Shown one piece after another: positions 1 through 8,337 of a stretch of DNA of 64,000 bases. The stretch is from the NCBI GenBank assembly GCA_964344595.1, contig CAYFNV010000003.1:117032-181031 (forward strand), in the 5' to 3' direction. The DNA is from an uncultured Nitrospina sp. (GTDB lineage: Bacteria > Nitrospinota > Nitrospinia > Nitrospinales > VA-1). Position numbers and translations under genes: made by a program. Every line of letters begins with the position of its first letter. The stretch's first letter is position 1. The notes beneath the pieces were generated by a model. That model was not told the origin of the DNA. It made no database searches and saw nothing but the letters and a program-made list of their open reading frames with translations.

Positions 1-344
1 CCATCATGATGCATGGTGTTTCTAAAAATGCGTTTGCTGAAAACTTTTATCGAGATTGCAACAAACTGACACAGGATATTCCATATGGAAAGGCCGTGCG
101 GATTTTTACCAACATGGCAACAAGATTTAAATTTATGGATCATATGATCGCGGTGGCCGCGGAAAGGCCGGATTTTATGAAAGCCATGTTCAGCAGTGTT
201 TCCGGTCATGACCCTTATAAGAAGATCATTGTGGAAACTACCAGCCTGTCTCTTGTCTTCACTTTTGCGAAAAGGATTATTTCACACTTTCTGTTGCGCC
301 AGAAGGCGCGTCTCCCGCTGAAAAATGAAGGTTTGGCCTTGTGA
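1..344 (+). CDS. 3' end of a gene that begins upstream of the window; product unknown
   Basis: Reading frame is open from the window edge to TGA at 342-344 (ORF track 6..344). No diagnostic motif recognised in the 112-aa tail. Confidence 0.4.
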   Translation, partial: IMMHGVSKNAFAENFYRDCNKLTQDIPYGKAVRIFTNMATRFKFMDHMIAVAAERPDFMKAMFSSVSGHDPYKKIIVETTSLSLVFTFAKRIISHFLLRQKARLPLKNEGLAL

Positions 345-398
345 CATTGTTTCCACAGGTCAGCTGTGATACGCTTCTTATTTGTCCTGCTGAGACTC

Positions 399-1577
399 AT
401 GAATAGATATTACTCAATAATCGCGTTCCTGATGGTTTTTATCCTCATGGGATGTCCTCCACCCCCCAAGGCCAGGAAAAAAATGCCTCGCATTTTTGCT
501 CTGAGCTATACCATGGATACGGGGAAAGAACCTTCTTATCTTATTACTGATGATTTCAATCGCGATAATGTCCCGGATCTGGTCGTAGCTGATAGTGGCG
601 ACCACTCTTTTTCGTTTTACAAAGGGCTGGGTGATGGGACTTTCAAGGACCGGCTTGTTTATCAGACAGGTAGAGACCCCATTTGCCTTGTTTCGGGAGA
701 CTTCAATGAAGATGGCTACAAGGATGTTATAGCACTCAATTATGCCGACCAGACCATCCAGGTATATTTAAATACACGGTTGGGAAGTTTTCAGAAAACA
801 TCCCAGCTTCTAAAGCCGGGAAAAATTCCTATCAACATGGCAACCGGTGATTTTAATTCTGATGGAAAGCTTGACCTCATTGTCACCCTGCGGTTCTCAA
901 ATGTAGCCGTTATGCTGGGTAACGGTAATGGATTCTTTTCCGAGCCTTATAAAATGGATGTTAAGGGACAGCCCACCGCTGTTGTAGTCGGCGATTATAA
1001 CCAGGATGGCAAAACAGATGTTGCGATTGCCCTGGCGGGCAACGGTAGAAAGGGAGTTCAGATTCTTTGGGGGAAGGGAGATGGAGAGTTTAGACCTTCA
1101 CAAGCGTTTAAGGGCGGCAAACAGCCGCTCTCACTTGCCGCATTGGATGTGAATAATGATGGATTGATGGAGTTTGTGACTTCAAGCAATTCTTTGCATG
1201 CTTTGACGACCCTCATCAATAACGGTGACGAAACTTTCTCTTCCTTGCGGGATTTTGCATCGGGGAACTTTCCTAAATTTGTTGTGGCTGCCGATTTTAC
1301 CGGAGATGGTTTGCAGGATATAGCCGTTTCCAACTCTACGGATGATCATATCAGCGTGTCGCTGGGGCGAGGGGATGGAACCTTTACCTATCCGCCAATC
1401 TATCATCATGTTGATGAATACCCGCAAGGCATGGCGGTGGCAGATTTCAATGGAGATGGATTGCTTGACATCGCTGTTTCCTGCAGGGATAAAAACCTCA
1501 TCGACATCCTCAGCAAGAAAAACATGATCAACCCCAAACCCGACCTGCCGGAACCCAAAGAGACCAAGGCGTCTTGA
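399..1577 (+). CDS. FG-GAP/VCBS-repeat lipoprotein (predicted 7-bladed beta-propeller)
   Basis: ATG at 399 gives a lipoprotein signal peptide MNRYYSIIAFLMVFILMGC (lipobox LMGC); the ORF track starts at GTG 366. Seven FG-GAP-type repeats, e.g. GDFNEDGYKDV, GDFNSDGKLDL, GDYNQDGKTDV, ADFTGDGLQDI, ADFNGDGLLDI. Confidence 0.85.
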   Translation: MNRYYSIIAFLMVFILMGCPPPPKARKKMPRIFALSYTMDTGKEPSYLITDDFNRDNVPDLVVADSGDHSFSFYKGLGDGTFKDRLVYQTGRDPICLVSGDFNEDGYKDVIALNYADQTIQVYLNTRLGSFQKTSQLLKPGKIPINMATGDFNSDGKLDLIVTLRFSNVAVMLGNGNGFFSEPYKMDVKGQPTAVVVGDYNQDGKTDVAIALAGNGRKGVQILWGKGDGEFRPSQAFKGGKQPLSLAALDVNNDGLMEFVTSSNSLHALTTLINNGDETFSSLRDFASGNFPKFVVAADFTGDGLQDIAVSNSTDDHISVSLGRGDGTFTYPPIYHHVDEYPQGMAVADFNGDGLLDIAVSCRDKNLIDILSKKNMINPKPDLPEPKETKAS

Positions 1578-1609
1578 CCACTCCCATGAATGTTTATAGC
1601 CACACGGTT

Positions 1610-1625
1610 CGTCATTGCAATGACG
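1610..1625. repeat. perfect 16-nt palindrome CGTCATTGCAATGACG in a convergent intergenic region
   Basis: Read directly; self-complementary over all 16 nt. Confidence 0.8.
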
Positions 1626-1642
1626 ACTCAGGCAAACCCCGA

Positions 1643-1714
1643 GATCCTTCGAGAGCCTCAGGATGACATCCTGAAATCAGCTAATTTTTGTCATGCTGAG
1701 CCTGTCGAAGCATC
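1643..1714. repeat. inverted pair of REP-like 25-mers (GTCATCCTGAGGCTCTCGAAGGATC type)
   Basis: 1643-1667 (reverse orientation) is gatccttcgagagcctcaggatgac and 1690-1714 is gtcatgctgagcctgtcgaagcatc. The two are about 19/25 complementary. A third related copy lies at 37965-37988. Confidence 0.7.
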
Positions 1715-1815
1715 TCCTTTTTCATAATGCAGACTTATGCAAAGGTCTCTGGTAAGGGGGAATTCATCATCCGTGTCTATCTGTGGTTCTAAATGTTTTT
1801 GGGGTTACGTTGAGT

Positions 1816-1830
1816 CCAGCATTATGCTGG
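1816..1830 (-). terminator. hairpin CCAGCATTATGCTGG 15 nt downstream of the radical SAM operon stop codon
   Basis: 6-bp stem with a 3-nt loop and no clear U-tract. It resembles the hairpin module of the 70-nt repeat family (CCAGCnnnnnGCTGG followed by TCAAC). Confidence 0.35.
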
Positions 1831-1844
1831 CGCCTAGTGGTGGG

Positions 1845-3608
1845 TTAAATCGTTACAGGAGTGACAGGTTGTAAATGGCCTTCGGGAAAGACGTATAAAA
1901 TATCTTCGGGCTGGATCATTTTTGCGACTTCCAAAACATTCTCATAACCCTGCAGGTGGTTGTTGGCAACCGGGATCAAAACGAAATCATAATGCTCGTT
2001 TCTGAGATTCTCAATCAGTTCGCTGTAAATGGTTTCTGCCGAAAAGAATCCTGTGCCGTAGGAATAAATTTGATTCAGTCCTTTAATATCTGCCATATCC
2101 CTGGCAGAAACATCCTGGCCTAGCAAATCAACCTGTGCTTTGCTTTCAAGGTTTTCCAGAATCAGTCGGATCATCCAGTTTCTTACGTTTCTGAGAACCA
2201 GAATATGGGCTCCGTCAGGAATCTCTTTGAAAGAATTTTTTGCATTAGCGGTAAAAGTTTTTGATTGAATTTTTTCTTTTCCGAGATCAAAAGCGGACAG
2301 GGCTTTTTTAAAGTTCTCCTGAATTTCTTCAGCAGGGTAATGCGGATAATGGACCACGACCTGGCCGTTGCCATCAAAGCCTTCCCAATCCGTTGAATCG
2401 GAGAGAACAGAGTCGTTCACACAGGAGTTATAAAAATCGGTTCCGGGTTGCGGAGTGTTTATGGAAACCTGGATTTCATCCAGCCATCCTTTCGATGCCA
2501 TCTCATAAACAAGGTCAACAGTTTTCTGGTCTTCTTCCTGAGTGGAACCCAGTCCGCCAATGCTGATGGTGCCATAGAACAACATGCCCAGACTTTTGCC
2601 GAACTGAACCATTCGACGAAGTTTGTCCAGATCATGTTTTTTTCCAAGGGTCATTTTCTCGGCTACCTTGTCGCTTCCGGTCTCAATGCCGAAACGGATT
2701 TTGTAATATCCTGCGGCGCGCATTTCTTCCAGCGCTTCTTCATCAAGGGAAGCGTATTCACACATGGCTTCATATTTCAGGTGGTCCAATCCGGCAGCGC
2801 GAATAGCCTTGGCAAGAGAGATGTTGAAGCTCTTTTTGATGTTATGGACTTCTTCATCGAAGAACACGCCTTCCATTTCCGGATATTTTTCGTGCAGGGT
2901 GCGGATTTCTTCAACAATACTGTCAACGTTTCTGGGGCGCCAGTTCAGCTCATCGTAGTAAAGGGTTGCGGCGGCGCAGAAATTACAACGGCGCGGGCAT
3001 CCCCTTGATCCATACATCTGAATCTGTTTGTATCGACAGTTCGGTTCATGATAATCGATTCGACTCACATCATCATCTTCAGGAAAAGGCAAGGCATTGA
3101 TGTCGATCAATTCTCCCCTGGCATTCGGGTGGACCCCTGCCAGTTTTCGAGGATCTTTTCCATTTATGAGATCAAGAACGGTGAACTCATATTCTCCAAT
3201 GCAAACGTGGTCTGCTATTTTTTGTACCTCTTCAGGGTGGGCCATAGGGTGTTGCCCGGTGAACACCAGTTTGGTTCCAAAGGTTTCTTTGAGTGCAGAA
3301 GCCAGGCGCAGGTCTTCACGAATGGTTCGTGTCGAACTTTCCATGATCAGCCAGTCAGGTTTTTCTTCACTGGCATGTTTGAAGTAGGTTTCGAAGTCCC
3401 ATCCATTAAGCACGCCATCCATGAACTTTACGTTATGGTTGGTATCCCTTTTCAAAAGAGAAGAAGTGTATGCCAGTTCCCATGGATAGTATCCGCAATT
3501 TGTGAAATTTTTTACTCCGAGGGACCAGCGCGAAGGGACATGGACCATATGATAACCATCACGGTCGATCCCCACAGAATTGGCGACGATGATGTTCATG
3601 GTTTTCAT
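1845..3608 (-). CDS. cobalamin-binding-domain (class B-like) radical SAM enzyme with extra C-terminal domain, paralogue 1
   Basis: CxxxCxxC motif in GSRGCPRRCNFCAA. N-terminal B12-binding-like Rossmann region (KPDWLIMESSTRT...KLVFTGQHP). Clearly alignable over about 450 aa to the 4208..5995 product. Its ATG shares one nt with the stop of the upstream gene (TGATG at 3606-3610). Confidence 0.85.
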   Translation of the reverse strand: MKTMNIIVANSVGIDRDGYHMVHVPSRWSLGVKNFTNCGYYPWELAYTSSLLKRDTNHNVKFMDGVLNGWDFETYFKHASEEKPDWLIMESSTRTIREDLRLASALKETFGTKLVFTGQHPMAHPEEVQKIADHVCIGEYEFTVLDLINGKDPRKLAGVHPNARGELIDINALPFPEDDDVSRIDYHEPNCRYKQIQMYGSRGCPRRCNFCAAATLYYDELNWRPRNVDSIVEEIRTLHEKYPEMEGVFFDEEVHNIKKSFNISLAKAIRAAGLDHLKYEAMCEYASLDEEALEEMRAAGYYKIRFGIETGSDKVAEKMTLGKKHDLDKLRRMVQFGKSLGMLFYGTISIGGLGSTQEEDQKTVDLVYEMASKGWLDEIQVSINTPQPGTDFYNSCVNDSVLSDSTDWEGFDGNGQVVVHYPHYPAEEIQENFKKALSAFDLGKEKIQSKTFTANAKNSFKEIPDGAHILVLRNVRNWMIRLILENLESKAQVDLLGQDVSARDMADIKGLNQIYSYGTGFFSAETIYSELIENLRNEHYDFVLIPVANNHLQGYENVLEVAKMIQPEDILYVFPEGHLQPVTPVTI

Positions 3609-4204
3609 CAGGCGTGAGTGACAACTTTATCTGGTTCGCGCACCGAAGAAGGTTGGCAAGGCTTGAGTGAAGTAACTTTTTTGCCAAATAGTTTACGGAT
3701 TCCCCATTCCCCGATTAATGCCAGAGTAATTATGAAACAAAGCAGGGCCGTGGCGGCATAATTGATTCCGAGCCAGAAAAAGGTGGTGTTCTCCATGATC
3801 GATTTGTTTAAAGCCTTGGCTGAATCGAGTTTGACGAAAGTGCCTTTAGGATTATAACCACGCACTTCTTTGGCTTTTGAGGCGCAGGCTAGACGATCGA
3901 TATTGGCATAACCCAAACCATGATCCACATTGTATAGCGATACAGCCAGGTCAAACTTTTTTTCCTGTAATCTCGATATGTTTTCCTGACCATAACTGGA
4001 GACACTCATTCTACGTTGATCTGGAATGGTGAGGACTTCATCCACAAGAGGATCCTGCTCAACGGCATCCTGCGCTGATTGCGCGGCCAGAACAGTAATT
4101 TTACAGCCTGGGAACTCTTCTCTAAGCGAGATTAGAGTTTTGTTCAGGATTCGTGTCGCGGAACGAATCACCAGAATATTCATATTACTTTCCTTTTTAT
4201 CCAT
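3608..4204 (-). CDS. small C-terminally membrane-anchored protein homologous to the C-terminal domain of both flanking radical SAM enzymes
   Basis: 198-aa ORF lying 3 nt after the upstream stop and overlapping the downstream start by 1 nt. One hydrophobic helix (FFWLGINYAATALLCFIITLALIGEWGI). N-terminal ~125 aa align to the radical SAM C-termini (ILVIRSATR.., ITVLAAQ, VDEVL, KKFDLAV..GLGY). Confidence 0.7.
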   Translation of the reverse strand: MDKKESNMNILVIRSATRILNKTLISLREEFPGCKITVLAAQSAQDAVEQDPLVDEVLTIPDQRRMSVSSYGQENISRLQEKKFDLAVSLYNVDHGLGYANIDRLACASKAKEVRGYNPKGTFVKLDSAKALNKSIMENTTFFWLGINYAATALLCFIITLALIGEWGIRKLFGKKVTSLKPCQPSSVREPDKVVTHA

Positions 4205-4207
4205 AGA

Positions 4208-5995
4208 TTATCCGGGAATATGAGCACGGCCAAAGTCGCCCGGGTTTTCCAGGTCAAACACTTTTCCTTCAACGTTTACGGCGACCAGTTTTTTGATTCC
4301 TGAACGCTTTGCAATGGCTTTGACTTCGGAATAACCGTTTCCAGAAATATTGTTAAAAGGAATCACGCCAAGAGAAAAAGATTTCTTTCTCAGTTTTCCT
4401 ATTAAACTTTCGGGAAAAGTTTTCTGGTTAAAATGTGAGTCTCCATAAAGGAGTACCTCATTAACATGAGGGTGTTTCCTCAGTTCCTGTTCTACTCCTG
4501 GTTGCGCCAGAACTGTTACATCTTTCCTGAACTGATTATGGATGGAATTAACGACATCGTTGATCTGTTTCATCCTTGAACTTCGAAACAGCAAGATTTC
4601 ACCATTGGAGTTGAGTTGAAGGTTTTTAAAATTATCCTTGGCGGTTGCATTGTAACGCTGGTTGAATCCTATCTCATAAAGTTTTTCAGCTTCCCTGAAG
4701 TTAGCCATTATTTTTTCGGCTGGGTATTCAGGGCGGTTAACCACGACATGGTTGCCCCCGTCAAAATGCTTCCAGTCCACATCCTTAAGGTAACCCTGAG
4801 CCTTCATGCGGTTGAAAAAAGGAGTACCTGGCTGGGGAGTACTTATGGAAAGTTGAAATCGCCATAACAAACCTCGATCAAGTAGTTCTCTAATAAGGTC
4901 GAGAGTTCGTTTGTCGCAATCATCGGTGGAGCCTTCACCGCCAAAAGTGAAAGTACCATAGAATTTAAGGCCGATACTGGTACCATGCTTCATCAACTCT
5001 TTGAGCTGCGGAACGTTAAACTTTTTTTGTAACTCCATTCCCTTCGCTGCGTGTTCTCCGGCTGTTTCTATCCCGAGCCGAACCATGTAGTAGCCAGCAC
5101 TTTTCATGTTATCAAGGACCTCTTCGTCCATGGGCCATTGACCGCACATGACATCATATTTCAAGTCGTCAAGTCCGTTTTCGCGGATTGCTTTGGTCAA
5201 CTCCAGGATATATTTTTTACTTCCGTTATGGACTTCTTCGTCAAAAAAGATACCTTCCAGTTGTGGATACCTGGCGCGCAGGGTCTGCAGTTCGTAAATT
5301 ACATTTTCAGGGTTTCTAGGCCGCCAGTTGGGCCGCTGATAGGAGATATTACCGCATACGCAGAAGGTGCAGGATAATGGACATCCTCTTGAAGCATATG
5401 CCTGAATTTCCAGATATTCGCTGGAAGGTTCTCCGGGCATCCCGTATTGCAAGCGTGAGACATCATCATCCTCCGGCAACGGTAAATTATTCACATCAAG
5501 CGGAGGTCTGATGTTGGTGTTGGGCCAGAGTCCCATTATTGACTCAAGAGGTTTGCCTTGGAGAATATCAAGTACAACCATTTCATATTCCCGCAGTACT
5601 ACATGGTCGGCATATTCACTCACTTCCTCAGGAAAAGTGGTGGGATGAGGTCCGCAGAATATCAGCTTTGTCCCGAACCTTTTTTTAATCTCTTTGCCAA
5701 ACCGGCTATCCGCATCAATTGTGCGCGTGGCGCAATCCATTACCAGATAATCCGGGCCGAATTCGGAAACTTTTTCTACAAAGGTATCGTGGTCCCACTT
5801 TTCCAGGCACCCATCAAAGAATTTGACTTCATGATCGGTATCTCGTTTCAGAATAGAAGAGCAATAAGCTAACTGCCAGGGATAATAAGTAAAAATATTG
5901 TGGTCTTTGGTGCTGTTGGTCCAGCGACTTGGAGAGTGGATCATGGCATACCCATCAGCGTCTATCCCAACAGAATTACAAACGGCTACTTTCAT
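4208..5995 (-). CDS. cobalamin-binding-domain (class B-like) radical SAM enzyme with extra C-terminal domain, paralogue 2
   Basis: CxxxCxxC motif in ASRGCPLSCTFCVC. Shares long identical blocks with paralogue 1 (NSVGID.DGY, PSRW, YYPW.LAY, LKRDT.H.VKF, LP.PEDDDVSR, NWRPRN, FFDEEVHN, STPQPGT). Confidence 0.85.
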   Translation of the reverse strand: MKVAVCNSVGIDADGYAMIHSPSRWTNSTKDHNIFTYYPWQLAYCSSILKRDTDHEVKFFDGCLEKWDHDTFVEKVSEFGPDYLVMDCATRTIDADSRFGKEIKKRFGTKLIFCGPHPTTFPEEVSEYADHVVLREYEMVVLDILQGKPLESIMGLWPNTNIRPPLDVNNLPLPEDDDVSRLQYGMPGEPSSEYLEIQAYASRGCPLSCTFCVCGNISYQRPNWRPRNPENVIYELQTLRARYPQLEGIFFDEEVHNGSKKYILELTKAIRENGLDDLKYDVMCGQWPMDEEVLDNMKSAGYYMVRLGIETAGEHAAKGMELQKKFNVPQLKELMKHGTSIGLKFYGTFTFGGEGSTDDCDKRTLDLIRELLDRGLLWRFQLSISTPQPGTPFFNRMKAQGYLKDVDWKHFDGGNHVVVNRPEYPAEKIMANFREAEKLYEIGFNQRYNATAKDNFKNLQLNSNGEILLFRSSRMKQINDVVNSIHNQFRKDVTVLAQPGVEQELRKHPHVNEVLLYGDSHFNQKTFPESLIGKLRKKSFSLGVIPFNNISGNGYSEVKAIAKRSGIKKLVAVNVEGKVFDLENPGDFGRAHIPG

Positions 5996-6080
5996 AGATT
6001 TCCTCTACTAGGCGTGCGATATTTTTGTTATAGATTCAATGGTACGGTGCCTCAATTGGGAAGCAATGTACAAGGACTCG

Positions 6081-6150
6081 TTAAGCCGAGAAAAACGGGC
6101 GTTAGCAGTAAAAAAGCTATTGCCAGTTGCCAGCGGAGCTCTCCGCTTTT
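6081..6150 (+). repeat. copy 1 of a ~70-nt intergenic repeat family (TTAAGCCGAGA - ~22 nt - AGCTATTGC(A/C)AGT - hairpin)
   Basis: ttaagccgaga at 6081-6091; agctattgccagt at 6115-6127. Terminal hairpin AGCGGAG-ct-CTCCGCT at 6132-6147, followed by TTTT. Confidence 0.7.
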
Positions 6151-6321
6151 CCGGAACCGGAAATGGGCACACCTGACGAAAAGAGTCTAAAGCTCATAAC
6201 GGCTGAAATCAATTAAAACTTTAACTATAAAGGTCTTGGTGGAATTTAGCCCGATTGATTTGTTTGGCCTTATACCGGTCTTTGGAAAACAGAACCGGTT
6301 TTTTACTTAATGGGATTCATC

Positions 6322-6349
6322 TTGACATGAGTCGGTGGGCTTGTAAGAT
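6322..6349 (+). promoter_or_regulatory. candidate sigma-70 promoter for ftsY
   Basis: TTGACA (6322-6327), 16-nt spacer, TAAGAT (6344-6349), about 100 nt upstream of the ATG at 6449. Confidence 0.4.
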
Positions 6350-6448
6350 ACCAACCCACTGTAGTTGGAATTGTGCCTGTTTTCTGAGAACTTTTCAGTT
6401 CTATAATTATGTTCAACAGAAATTGTTGATTCCTTCATGGAGATTATA

Positions 6449-7399
6449 ATGGCTGATGAAAAATCGGCAGAGAATGAAACTGGGGCAGGGTTATTTGCCC
6501 GGCTGAAGTCTGGGTTGGCTAAGACGCGCTCAAACCTTGCGGGAGGTTTTGATAATATTGTTCACGGCAAAGCCAAGGTTGGGCCGGAATTATTGGAAGA
6601 ACTCGAAGAAACTCTCCTTATTGCCGATGTAGGCATGCAGGCAACTTCATATATTCTGGAAGATTTAAAGCGGGAAGTTTCTCAAAACAGGATTCGTGAA
6701 AACGAGGAAGTTCTGGAACAGTTAAAACAACGAATGGCACATGTTTTGTCACAAAACCAGAAGCCTTTGGCGTTTTCAGAGCATCATCCCTTTGTGATCT
6801 TGGTTGTCGGTGTTAATGGCTCAGGAAAGACTACCACTATTGGGAAGTTAGCTCGGCATTGGAAGCAGGAAGGTAAAAAAGTTTTACTGGCGGCTGGGGA
6901 TACGTTCCGGGCGGCGGCCATTGAGCAGTTACAAGCCTGGGCAGAGAGATCGGATATACCCTGTATAACTCAGAAAAGTGGTGCTGACCCATCAGCCGTT
7001 GCTTACGATGCGGTTCAGGCAGGGGTGGCCCGAAACATGGACCTGGTGATCATTGATACAGCGGGAAGGTTGCAAACCAACACCAACCTGATGGAGGAAT
7101 TGAAGAAAGTAAAACGGGTAATAGGAAAAGTTTTGCCAGGAGCTCCCCATGAAACTCTGTTGGTGTTAGATGGAACCATTGGGCAAAATAGTGTGTCTCA
7201 AGCCCGATTGTTTAATGAAGCTTTGGAAATCGATAGTTTGATAATGACCAAACTGGATGGTACGGCAAAGGGCGGTGTTTTGTTCAATGTGTCGGGAGAA
7301 CTAAAACTTCCAATTCGATTTGTGGGTGTGGGTGAGAAGCCTGAAGATTTACAGGAGTTTATTCCGGAAAACTTTGTAGAAGCGTTACTCTCCAGTTAA
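6449..7399 (+). CDS. ftsY: signal recognition particle receptor FtsY (short form, NG domain only)
   Basis: GTPase motifs GVNGSGKTTTIGKLA, DTAGRLQ and TKLDGTAKGG. GGAG lies 6 nt upstream of the ATG at 6449 (ORF track starts at 6437). Confidence 0.95.
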   Translation: MADEKSAENETGAGLFARLKSGLAKTRSNLAGGFDNIVHGKAKVGPELLEELEETLLIADVGMQATSYILEDLKREVSQNRIRENEEVLEQLKQRMAHVLSQNQKPLAFSEHHPFVILVVGVNGSGKTTTIGKLARHWKQEGKKVLLAAGDTFRAAAIEQLQAWAERSDIPCITQKSGADPSAVAYDAVQAGVARNMDLVIIDTAGRLQTNTNLMEELKKVKRVIGKVLPGAPHETLLVLDGTIGQNSVSQARLFNEALEIDSLIMTKLDGTAKGGVLFNVSGELKLPIRFVGVGEKPEDLQEFIPENFVEALLSS

Positions 7400-7921
7400 T
7401 GCTTCTGGATATTCTTCATCATATTCTTCGCGTTTTTCACGGTTTGCTCTTTCCAGGGCCTCAAACTGTTTAATCACTATATACCTGTGGATGAGGTCGC
7501 GATCCATTTCTTTTATATCTTCAGAAAAACGAAACCTGAAATAGTCCCCCTGCTCATTTCCTTTTTGAACCGAGACCAGGTAAACTTCCGATTTGATGAT
7601 GCGGGGTTCTTCCAATGGAAGGGCAAACAAGGCGGTGATGGGTTGACTGCCATGAATTAAAGTGAAATCTTTAATCTGGCATCCAAAACCGCTGGCACTC
7701 AGATCTCCAATACTTGTGCAGAATACCTTCTCGTCCTGCATGGTAAGGCAAAGATCAAGGGGGTTCCGGCTATCTGTTACAAGGCGATAGAAGTCCCTTC
7801 TGTCAACATCGGGATTGGCAGGAAGATCTTTGGACTTCCAGCGAAAAATTTTTCTGAGCCAACGTTCAATAGGTTTGTATGTCGATTCTGAAATTATTCC
7901 CGTGTCAAACTTGCTTACCAT
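7385..7921 (-). CDS. PilZ-domain protein (c-di-GMP receptor)
   Basis: Both PilZ signature motifs are present: RRDFYR (RRxxxR) and DLSASG (DxSxxG). The 3' end overlaps the ftsY 3' end by 15 nt (convergent). Confidence 0.8.
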   Translation of the reverse strand: MVSKFDTGIISESTYKPIERWLRKIFRWKSKDLPANPDVDRRDFYRLVTDSRNPLDLCLTMQDEKVFCTSIGDLSASGFGCQIKDFTLIHGSQPITALFALPLEEPRIIKSEVYLVSVQKGNEQGDYFRFRFSEDIKEMDRDLIHRYIVIKQFEALERANREKREEYDEEYPEALTGE

Positions 7922-8337
7922 GAAACAACCTTCCTTTCACGAAATACTGTCAAAAAAGATTTGTTTCAGTATGTTTCGGCATTAACCGGAAATAGCTTTA
8001 GCCTTGTTTTTGCAAAAATTAAAGACCATGCAAAACTTCTAGTTGTTGCAACCATAAGGTCTTCAAGGTTGAGTTGTGTCCGAGGGTGTATTTATTCTTT
8101 AATTAAAGTGGTAGTTTTTGAGCAGTGTGAAACATATAATAGAAATACACATAAATATCTTTGCTATCAGTAAAAACGTGAATAATTTTTTGTAGCGCTA
8201 ATAGTGATATTAAAGGAATAAAACAGTATTTCGGATAATCCTTTTTTATGTTAGTTTTAGTAAAAGTTTGAATGGTGTGAGATCGGTATACCCCAAATCT
8301 ATTATTACTCATTCCGCATTTAATTGGGATTTATGTT

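Noticed and set aside
2448-3617. Two plus-strand ORFs (186 and 189 aa) inside the radical SAM gene
   Set aside because: They are antisense to an ORF with a CxxxCxxC motif and a full-length paralogue. They are shadow ORFs.
7385-7399. 15-nt overlap of the convergent ftsY and PilZ gene ends
   Set aside because: The overlap is real, but short 3'-3' overlaps are common in compact genomes. There is no sign of frameshifting or regulatory structure.
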